Source: Sphingomonas sp. (lineage in GTDB: Bacteria > Pseudomonadota > Alphaproteobacteria > Sphingomonadales > Sphingomonadaceae). Taken from it: 64,000 bases of DNA. A program made the position numbers and the translations under genes. Each line of letters opens with the position of its first letter. Position 1 is the first letter of the stretch. Shown here one piece after another: positions 31,153 through 38,999 of this stretch. Location: positions 501,306-565,305 of the forward strand of contig CBDFKZ010000003.1 in assembly GCA_965248965.1 (NCBI GenBank), written 5' to 3'. The notes under the pieces are model-generated. The model was not told the DNA's origin, ran no database searches, and was given only the letters and a program-made list of their open reading frames with translations.

Positions 31153-32343
31153 TCAAGGAAATACAGCGGCAACGATGCCGGCGACGTCCTGGGCGTCGAG
31201 TTCGTCGATGTTGACTGCCATGTCGGGCACGACGCTGTACCCTGTCGTAGCCCCCGAGCGGTCGAGCGTGACGCTCATGATGCGATAGGCGTCGCCGAAG
31301 CGGATCGCGGCAAGGCTGCCCACTGTGGCCGGACGGTCCGGGTCGGCAATCACGATCGTGCTTGGCGGCAGGCCGGCGCCGAGCGTGGCGCGGCAGACGC
31401 GCAGTGCAAAGGCCCGCGGCCCCGCACCGGCCGGCGTCTCGACAATCGCGCCGGTGGGCTCGGTGGCAATCAGCCCGCCCTGCAAGGGTGCGCCGAGCAC
31501 GGACAGGCGGCGAGGCTCGGGCGACATCGGCGCGTCGGATGAGCGCGGCCTGTGCTCGACGCGTTGAGGTTTCGCTTGCTGAAGCGCGGACGCCTGCCGA
31601 GCCGGATCGTCGGATTCGCGGGCGGCCGCGCGCAACTCCAGGCGCAGCTCGGCGATCTTGTTGCGCGTACGCGACCATCTTGCTTCCGGATCGGTGATCG
31701 TGGCCACGAAAGTGTCGAACTCACCCATCAGATAGCGTTCGGCGAGCTGCGCGACCAGCGTCTCGGTATCGGCCACGCCGAACAGACGACAGATCGATGC
31801 GAGTGTGGCATCGTTCCAGCGGGTCAGCGGCTTCTGTGCATTTTCGAGGCGAGAGAGAATGACGGCCGGAAGACCGAATTCCTGGTCCAGTCGGGCAATG
31901 GTCAGGCTCCGGTCCTTGTTTCGCTGCCACCGCAGGGCCGCACCGAGCAGAACGGCGTTCCGTTCGTCCTGAACGTCCCAACTTCGCGGGTCGTGAAAGG
32001 GGTCCGCCCAGGCCGCGATGTCGAAATCGGGCGCATCGATGTCGATCAGGAGATGCTCGGGGGCGATGCCGAGCGCGTCCGCGATGCGGATCAGTTCGTC
32101 GGCCCGTGCCGAGACTTCGCCCCGCTCGATCTTCGAAAGCCGGATGTAGGGAATGTCGGCCAGCTGATTGCTGAGCGCCATGAGCTTGTACAGTCCGCGC
32201 GACTGCCGATGCTCACGCACGCGGTTGGGAAAGACGAAGCCGCGATATCGGTCCGGGCAGATTTCCTCGAGCGAACGTGCCGTTGCCAGTTGCGCGTCAA
32301 GCGCGCGCGGCGACCGGCCCGTCCCTCGGCTTGCTGTTGCCAT
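31153..32343 (-). CDS. Regulator with two XRE HTH domains and a degenerate S24-like C-terminal domain
   Basis: NRVREHRQSRG...RLSKIERGE; LGAALRWQR...ILSRLENAQ; AFALRV...IVIADPD. Confidence 0.8.
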   Translation of the reverse strand: MATASRGTGRSPRALDAQLATARSLEEICPDRYRGFVFPNRVREHRQSRGLYKLMALSNQLADIPYIRLSKIERGEVSARADELIRIADALGIAPEHLLIDIDAPDFDIAAWADPFHDPRSWDVQDERNAVLLGAALRWQRNKDRSLTIARLDQEFGLPAVILSRLENAQKPLTRWNDATLASICRLFGVADTETLVAQLAERYLMGEFDTFVATITDPEARWSRTRNKIAELRLELRAAARESDDPARQASALQQAKPQRVEHRPRSSDAPMSPEPRRLSVLGAPLQGGLIATEPTGAIVETPAGAGPRAFALRVCRATLGAGLPPSTIVIADPDRPATVGSLAAIRFGDAYRIMSVTLDRSGATTGYSVVPDMAVNIDELDAQDVAGIVAAVFP

Positions 32344-32441
32344 TGCTCGTAACCCCGGATCGCGAAGGGGCCACCCGTCCCCCTGCCTGAGCCGATGATA
32401 TAGGAGCAATCGTGAGAATTCAATTGACGCTCAATTAGTTG

Positions 32442-32933
32442 CTAATGGAGCACTTCGCTGGCTGGTGGCGCGACCAGATTTGCCCATACGCTGTTGGCGG
32501 CAAAGGGAAGCAGACAGGTCGTCGGACACAGCCCCGATTGGTGGCGCGCCAGCCAGCCGGGTGAGAGCGGCGAGGGGTTGTCCGATGAGAACGCAACCCC
32601 GCCGCCGTCGGTAAAAATCCCCAGCGCCGGTGGCAGTGCGTTCACGGGCCAGCGGCGCGCGATTTCGGCGAGCAGGACCACGGCGGCATCCTCCAGCGCG
32701 GCAAGGCTCCAGCTGAGCGGGTCGCCGGAGGAAATCGGCGCCAGATCGACGACGCGACAACTGCCGTCCCATGCGCTCGTGGTCAGCCTTGAGCGGTCGT
32801 CCGTCCCGGTAAGGGTGGCACTCAGCAATATGGCGCTGTTTGCCGCGAGAACCGGTCTTGCATGGAGGGCCAGGCGCTCGGCGATCCGGACCAACGCGGT
32901 GGGGGCACCGGGGAGCTTGCGCGCCCTGGACAT
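32442..32933 (-). CDS. Hypothetical protein
   Basis: 163 aa ORF filling the gap between the sigma and XRE genes, same strand; no motif recognised. Confidence 0.65.
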   Translation of the reverse strand: MSRARKLPGAPTALVRIAERLALHARPVLAANSAILLSATLTGTDDRSRLTTSAWDGSCRVVDLAPISSGDPLSWSLAALEDAAVVLLAEIARRWPVNALPPALGIFTDGGGVAFSSDNPSPLSPGWLARHQSGLCPTTCLLPFAANSVWANLVAPPASEVLH

Positions 32934-33068
32934 CGGTGCGCCGTGATGCGGGACGCTCCACCCGTTGGACGACTTCATGCGGCGCTTATCCCTTATATCA
33001 ACAATGCAGTACTGCGCCTGCTGTCACGCAAGGGGAGCACCGCAAGTGCGGGTGCTCCCAAACGGCCG

Positions 33069-34169
33069 TCAATGCCGGGCGGCGCTGCCCGGCGCGTTTC
33101 CGCCCAGCCGCTTCATGGCGGGAACCGGAGCGGGATTGGGGGCAATCGAGTCGATATCGACAAGCGAGGGATGCGACGCGGCCACCACATTGGCAGGTAT
33201 GGCAATGACGCGCGACAGCGTGTTGTGCGGCTGGCCTTCGGCAGGCAGCATCGACACCTTGGGCTGCTCGCCGGACACCTTGGGCGCACGCGTGCGGGCC
33301 GGCTTTGCGTAGCTTTTGCCGTATTCGGCCATTACGGCGAACTGCGGCTCGCTGGCGGCCAGTTCGGCGATCGACCGCGAGGCGCGCTTGGTGATCTGGC
33401 GGACACGTTCCTTCGTGACTCCGGTCGTCTCGCCAAGCTGGTCAAGCGTGTCGGCCTGGAAGACCCGACGCTCGACGATTTCGCGATCGCGATCCAGCTT
33501 TTGCTCGAGCTTTTCGAGTTCTTCGGGGCAGATGCCGTGCGTCCGCGTGCGGCGGAGCAGGGCGGCCGCGCGTTCGACCGGATCGGTCACCGACAGGCGT
33601 TTTGCCCGCGGCCGCTTGCGCAGCTGGTCAAGCGCGGCGGCGCGCTGATGATTGATATAGCCGTCCACGAGCGACCGGGTCGCCGCATGGGCAAGATAGT
33701 CGGACGCAGCGGATTCGGTGCGCGCCAGCGCGCATTCGTCCTCGATGATGGACTCGAGCGTGGATTCCTCGCCGTCGGCGCCCGACGTGACCGAGTGAAG
33801 GGAGACCGTCGTCGCCGCGACCTTCTTTGCCGAGGGACGCTGGTCGGTCATGACCCGGAAGCGAAGCGACTGAAGCTCGCCGCGGATCTGCCAGTTGACG
33901 AAGGTCGTGAAGAGTGCCTTTTCGGGGTCGTAACCCTGGATCGCCCGGTGCACGGCGATGGCGCAGCACTGCTCGGCGTCTTCCCAATGGGCCGTCAGGC
34001 CGTACTGGCGGATGAAATGGCGGATGCGCGGTGCGATCAGCTTGAGGATCGAGGCGAACGCCCGGTCCACGGCGGCACGCTGCCGCGCGCTGGACACGTC
34101 GTCACCCTTCGGCATGCTCTCGATGACTGCCGCAACGGCCGCCTCCAGCGCAATCGTGGTCTTTGACAT
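33069..34169 (-). CDS. Divergent sigma70-family RNA polymerase sigma factor
   Basis: Region 2 EDAEQ...VHRAIQGYDPEK...FTTFVNWQIRGE; region 3.2 VSLHS...STLESIIED; region 4.2 TLDQLGETTGVTKERVRQI. Confidence 0.85.
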   Translation of the reverse strand: MSKTTIALEAAVAAVIESMPKGDDVSSARQRAAVDRAFASILKLIAPRIRHFIRQYGLTAHWEDAEQCCAIAVHRAIQGYDPEKALFTTFVNWQIRGELQSLRFRVMTDQRPSAKKVAATTVSLHSVTSGADGEESTLESIIEDECALARTESAASDYLAHAATRSLVDGYINHQRAAALDQLRKRPRAKRLSVTDPVERAAALLRRTRTHGICPEELEKLEQKLDRDREIVERRVFQADTLDQLGETTGVTKERVRQITKRASRSIAELAASEPQFAVMAEYGKSYAKPARTRAPKVSGEQPKVSMLPAEGQPHNTLSRVIAIPANVVAASHPSLVDIDSIAPNPAPVPAMKRLGGNAPGSAARH

Positions 34170-34338
34170 GGTTAACCCCCAGAAAAGAAAAGCAGGTTGG
34201 CCCCGCGCCAACCGTCGCCCTCACCACGTCTTTCTGGCATCGGAGAGTTAATAGGAGTGTTATCATCCTATACGAAAATATACGTAACCATCCTATAAAA
34301 GCATGGTGCTGAGGATGTTTAGCGGCGAGTGGACCCGG

Positions 34339-35295
34339 TTAAGACGCGAAACGCCCCGGCGTTACGTGGCGATCGACATAGTCGAGCAGCCACGACCGAT
34401 GGGCGCTGGCGGCGTCGCCTGTCGCCGCAATCCGGCGGTTTGCGCTGGCCGTGCCGACCTGGGCATCGAGGAGGACCCTGGCGCGTCCACTGTCGAGCCC
34501 GCCCTTCAGGAAGCGTATCGCGTCGCCGGTCCCCAGGTGATGGCCGATATAGGCGGCGCGCGCCACCGTGGCGACGTCGCCGCCGATGGCGATCCCCGCA
34601 TTCTTCAGCTTTTCGACGCTCCGCAACGCATAGTCGGCGGTCGCGTTGATCGATGCGGATCCATCATAGCGGAGCGCCAGCAGCGCCGAGCGGGCAGCGG
34701 GGAGAATGCGTCCGTCACTGCCGAGCCAGCCCTGTCGACTGGCAACGCCGTTCAGCCAGGTACCCGCGCGCTCGGCCTCGCTCTGCCAGGTGCCGGCCAG
34801 AAACTGGCCGAGGCCGGCTGCGCTCGAGCGCGGATTGCGCGACGTCGTGTTCCATTTCCCGTCACAGTTCTTGCCCGCTTCCGCATCGACGATGGCGGCC
34901 AGGGCGGCAGGCGGCAGACCCGTGCGCTCTGCCGCGGCATGGATCGTGTCGCGATAGGCACTGTTGGGACCCAGGCCCGCAACGGGCGCGCTCGTCGAGG
35001 CGGCAACCGGCGACCCGGTCGCAACGGGAATCTCCGCCGCGGCAGCATCGTCTTTCACGGGATCGGCAGGCGTCGCTGCCGACGCTTTCGTCGACTGCGG
35101 CCCGAGCAGCGACAACAGCGAATCGAGATTGAACGTGTCGCAGCGCTGCGCCGATTGCGCCTGGTCTTCCGCATCGGATTCGCTGCCGAGTGCGGCGCGC
35201 CACAGACGCGCCGTTACGTCGCTCTGCGCCTGGGAATAGATGAGCGCGGCCTTTTCACTCGGGCTCATGCGGCTGAGATCGTTGGCAATCAGCAT
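34339..35295 (-). CDS. Lytic transglycosylase/muramidase, possible FlgJ-like rod peptidoglycan hydrolase
   Basis: AIVDAE catalytic Glu and SSAAGLGQF lysozyme-like motif; overlaps the fliJ stop. Confidence 0.75.
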   Translation of the reverse strand: MLIANDLSRMSPSEKAALIYSQAQSDVTARLWRAALGSESDAEDQAQSAQRCDTFNLDSLLSLLGPQSTKASAATPADPVKDDAAAAEIPVATGSPVAASTSAPVAGLGPNSAYRDTIHAAAERTGLPPAALAAIVDAEAGKNCDGKWNTTSRNPRSSAAGLGQFLAGTWQSEAERAGTWLNGVASRQGWLGSDGRILPAARSALLALRYDGSASINATADYALRSVEKLKNAGIAIGGDVATVARAAYIGHHLGTGDAIRFLKGGLDSGRARVLLDAQVGTASANRRIAATGDAASAHRSWLLDYVDRHVTPGRFAS

Positions 35296-35744
35296 GCGGC
35301 CGGCCCTTCAAGACGCCTTTGCCCCGCGCCGACACGATTTAGCCGGTTGAAACGCGCGGCCGAGAAGTCGTCGATCTGATCCTGCTCGGCCTTTGCCAGC
35401 ACAAGGCTCGCTTCGCTTCGAAAGCGATCGGCGGCGCCTTCGATAGCGGCCATTTCGCCAAAGGCCTTCGCCGCTTCCTGGCGAAGGCTGCCGAGCCGTG
35501 TTCCCACGGCGACGGCGTCGCGCACGATTTCCGTGCGCGCTGCGCGCATGCGCGCGCCAAAGGCCGGGGCCGCGCAGCGCCAGTCGCTGGCGGCGAGAAG
35601 TGCCTCGTCACGCAAAGAGGTCTCGATCGCCTGATGTCTTTGGCCGAGGATTTCGAGCTGATTCAGTTCGGCAGCGATCGACAGGCGCATCGCGTCGATC
35701 TGGCGCTGCAGCAGCCGCAGCACGGCATCATAGGGCGTTTTCAT
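35289..35744 (-). CDS. fliJ: Flagellar export protein FliJ
   Basis: Coiled-coil protein coupled to fliI, with EQDQIDD C-terminal motif. Confidence 0.7.
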   Translation of the reverse strand: MKTPYDAVLRLLQRQIDAMRLSIAAELNQLEILGQRHQAIETSLRDEALLAASDWRCAAPAFGARMRAARTEIVRDAVAVGTRLGSLRQEAAKAFGEMAAIEGAADRFRSEASLVLAKAEQDQIDDFSAARFNRLNRVGAGQRRLEGPAAC

Positions 35745-37066
35745 TCGGCGACCTCGAGCAGGGCCGCCAGTCGGGCGAAGCTGTCTTCGGGGGAGCCGCG
35801 GTCCTGCTTGGTCTGCGTCAGCAGTGCCTCGATCTGCGGTGCGAGCGCAATGGCGCGATCGACCTCTGCGTTCGCGCCGGCGGCATAGGCCCCCAGCCGC
35901 ACGATCTCTTCCATGTCGCCATAGGTCGACAATATCGACCGCGCAGCGAGGCGGAGCCGGTTCTGGTCGTCGTCGAGCGCGCCGGGAAGCGTGCGGGAAA
36001 CCGACTTCAATATGTCGATCGCCGGGTAGCGGCCGCGCTCGGCAATGCGTCGCGTAATGACGATATGCCCGTCCAATATGCCGCGTACGGCATCGGCAAC
36101 GGGCTCGTTATGGTCGTCGCCATCGACGAGCACGGTGAACAAGCCGGTTATCGAGCCCTGGCCCGGCAGTCCGGGGCCAGCGCGTTCGAGCAGGCGCGGC
36201 AGCTCGGCAAAGACGGTAGGTGTGTAGCCCTTGGTCGCGGCCGGTTCGCCGCTGGCGAGGCCGATCTCGCGCTGAGCCATGGCGAACCGGGTCACCGAGT
36301 CCATCAGGCACAGGACATTCAGCCCCTGATCGCGAAAATGTTCCGCAACCGCCATTGTCGTCCAGGCAGCCTGGCGGCGCATCAGTGCCGGCTCGTCGGA
36401 CGTCGCCACGACGACGACGCTGCGTGCCAGCCCTTCGGGTCCGAGGTCGTCCTCGACGAATTCCTGAACTTCACGGCCCCGCTCGCCGATCAGGCCGATG
36501 ACGGCGACGTCGCATCCTGTCCAGCGGGCAAGCATGGACAGCAGGACCGACTTGCCGACGCCGGAGCCGGCAAACAGACCCAATCGCTGCCCCTGGCAAA
36601 GCGGCGCAAAGATATCGAGGGCGCGGACTCCCGTTGCCACATAACTGCCGACGCGGGCGCGTTGCGCCGCCGGCGGCGGGGAGGCCTTGATGGGATAGAG
36701 GTCATGGCCGGGCAAGATCGCTCCCTTGCCGTCGATGGGGTTGCCGAGCCCGTCGACCATGCGGCCGAGCCAGGCGGCACCGGGCCGCACCGAAAAGCGG
36801 CCGGCGATCAGGTTTGCGCGCGCACCCGACATGATGCCCTGGGGGTCGCTGAAGGGCAGGCAGTGCGCCACGTCGCGATCGAGCCCCGTGACCTCGGCGG
36901 CGACAATGCCGTCGGCGGCAACGACGTCCACGTGCGACCCGATCTGGGCCGCCCCGGTCAATCCCTCGACCTCGATCAGGGCGCCCCGCACGCCGATCAC
37001 CCGACCGAAGCGCTGGTCGGGCACGTGTTCCCGCATCGTGCGCGCGGCAGCAGCAAGTGACCTCAT
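35741..37066 (-). CDS. fliI: Flagellar export ATPase FliI
   Basis: GLFAGSGVGKS, LIGERGREV, MDSVTRFAMAQREIG, LDGHIV. Confidence 0.97.
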   Translation of the reverse strand: MRSLAAAARTMREHVPDQRFGRVIGVRGALIEVEGLTGAAQIGSHVDVVAADGIVAAEVTGLDRDVAHCLPFSDPQGIMSGARANLIAGRFSVRPGAAWLGRMVDGLGNPIDGKGAILPGHDLYPIKASPPPAAQRARVGSYVATGVRALDIFAPLCQGQRLGLFAGSGVGKSVLLSMLARWTGCDVAVIGLIGERGREVQEFVEDDLGPEGLARSVVVVATSDEPALMRRQAAWTTMAVAEHFRDQGLNVLCLMDSVTRFAMAQREIGLASGEPAATKGYTPTVFAELPRLLERAGPGLPGQGSITGLFTVLVDGDDHNEPVADAVRGILDGHIVITRRIAERGRYPAIDILKSVSRTLPGALDDDQNRLRLAARSILSTYGDMEEIVRLGAYAAGANAEVDRAIALAPQIEALLTQTKQDRGSPEDSFARLAALLEVAE

Positions 37067-37074
37067 CGATCTGG

Positions 37075-37479
37075 TCAGGCAGCCTGGGGAACGGCGCGTT
37101 CAAGCGCCGTCGTCTCATAGTCGATCAGCACGCGGCAGTCGGCGAGGGCGCGATAATAATTGCCCGTTGCCACCTTGTGGGCGAACCGCGCGCACAAGGC
37201 CTTGGCCTCGAGGGATTCGAGCGCGCCGAGAAGGTCGCTCAGATACTGAATGATCGCATCCTGATGCTTGGTCTGCGACTTGGGGTCGATGTAGGCCATC
37301 ATGCAGGAAAAATAGAGCCGCCGCGCCGGTGTCACGGCGTCTTCCGCGGACATGACCTCGCGACCGCGCAGAAGAGAGACATTGTTCTCCACGATCAGGT
37401 CGGTGCGGCCGACCGCGCGCATCACGGCGCCGTTCACGATCATCTTCTCACCGTCGCGCAGGGAAATACGAAGCGTCAT
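37075..37479 (-). CDS. flbT: Flagellin translational regulator FlbT
   Basis: MTLRISLRDGEKMIVNGAV...TPARRLYF...YYRAL. Confidence 0.92.
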   Translation of the reverse strand: MTLRISLRDGEKMIVNGAVMRAVGRTDLIVENNVSLLRGREVMSAEDAVTPARRLYFSCMMAYIDPKSQTKHQDAIIQYLSDLLGALESLEAKALCARFAHKVATGNYYRALADCRVLIDYETTALERAVPQAA

Positions 37480-37639
37480 CACAGGTCCTTTGTGGCTTAG
37501 TGGTCTTATAGGATGGTGGCGCCCCGCAGGCGGCGCTTTGCCGAATTTTTGCCAAATGCCCCGACCCGGCAAAGTTCATCCTACAATTAAAGTCACGAGC
37601 GCCACCCGACGCTCAAATGCTTATTGCCGGAGAACCTTC

Positions 37640-38941
37640 TTGAGCCTCTATTCTGCCCTGTATGCCGGTGTCTCCGGTCTGAGCGCGCAAGCCAACGCAA
37701 TGGCCAGCGTCGCCGACAACATCACCAACATCAACACCGTCGGCTACAAGAATGCGGAAACGCAGTTCCGCACGCTGGTTTCCGACGGTCGTGGCAATGT
37801 GCCCTATTCGGCGGCTGGCGTCAGCGCGACGACGCGCACGCTCGTTTCAAAGGAAGGCGTTCTCCAGGCCTCGAGCAGCGTGACCGATCTCGGAATCGCC
37901 GGCGCCGGCTTCTTCGTCACGCGCGACGGCATCGGTCCGAATGCGAGCATCGCCTATACCCGGGCCGGCTCGTTCGCACCCGACACCCAGGGCTATCTGA
38001 AAAACTCGGGTGGCTATTTCCTGCAGGGCTGGCCGCTCGATTCGCTGGGCAATTTCGTCAACAGCGGCAGCACGGACGCGCTTATTCCGATCCGAGTCAC
38101 CCAATTGACGGGCACGGCTGCGGCGACGAGCAAAGTCGAAATGCGCGCCAATCTGGATTCCACGGCGACGGCCATCACCGGCCCCTATGCAGCGGGCAAC
38201 ATGGCGGCGGGCACGGTGGTGCCCCAGTTCTCGCGCCAGGTGGATGTGACCGATGCGCAGGGCGGCAGCCATGCCGTGACGCTCGCGTTCGTGAAAACCG
38301 GGTCGAACACCTGGGCCGGCGAAATCTATGCGGTACCGGCGACCGATGTATCGACACCCAATGGTCTGCTCGCCAGCGGCACCGTGAAGTTCAACGCGGA
38401 TGGGTCGCTCGACCTGACCAACTCCAGCCCTGCGCTCTTCGGCACGATCACACCTTCGTGGACCAATGGCGCGGGCACCGGACCGATCGTGCTGAGCCTC
38501 GGCACGAACGGCGGTCTCGATGGCCTCACCCAATTCGGCAGCCCGTCGGCCGTGATTTCGTCGACCGTCAACGGCGGCCTGCTCGGCAGCGTGGCGTCGA
38601 TGCGCATCTCTGAAGCGGGCGTCGTCAGCGCCGTCTTCGACGACGGGACGTCGCGCGCTGTGTTCCAGCTGCCCCTCGCCAGTTTCCAGAATCCCGACGG
38701 GCTTACGCGTTTGCCAGGCAATGGATTCGGCGAGTCGGACCAGTCGGGCAGCGTCGCCATCAACAGTCCCGGCGCCCTGGGGACCGGCAAGATCGCCTCG
38801 AACACCCTCGAAGCGTCGACTGTCGACCTGGCACAGGAGTTCACCAACATGATCCGGTTCCAGCGCGCCTATAGTGCTTCGTCCAAGATCATCACGACGG
38901 TGGACGAGATGCTGCAGGAAGTCAGCAACCTGAAACGATAA
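37640..38941 (+). CDS. flgE: Flagellar hook protein
   Basis: GVSGL...ADNITNINTVGYK, YTRAGSF, LEASTVDLAQEFTNMI; TTG start after GGAGA. Confidence 0.96.
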   Translation: MSLYSALYAGVSGLSAQANAMASVADNITNINTVGYKNAETQFRTLVSDGRGNVPYSAAGVSATTRTLVSKEGVLQASSSVTDLGIAGAGFFVTRDGIGPNASIAYTRAGSFAPDTQGYLKNSGGYFLQGWPLDSLGNFVNSGSTDALIPIRVTQLTGTAAATSKVEMRANLDSTATAITGPYAAGNMAAGTVVPQFSRQVDVTDAQGGSHAVTLAFVKTGSNTWAGEIYAVPATDVSTPNGLLASGTVKFNADGSLDLTNSSPALFGTITPSWTNGAGTGPIVLSLGTNGGLDGLTQFGSPSAVISSTVNGGLLGSVASMRISEAGVVSAVFDDGTSRAVFQLPLASFQNPDGLTRLPGNGFGESDQSGSVAINSPGALGTGKIASNTLEASTVDLAQEFTNMIRFQRAYSASSKIITTVDEMLQEVSNLKR

Positions 38942-38999
38942 TCGCATGAGCCGGGCAAGGAGCCGACGATAAGGGCTGCTACCAAGAGGAACTACAGAG

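Noticed and set aside
37539-37554. Minus-strand TGGCAAAAATTCGGCA as a sigma54 promoter for flbT
   Set aside because: The spacing fits but the -12 is CGGC, and it overlaps ftr-like repeats. This was the best flagellar candidate seen; it is weak and not fully excluded.
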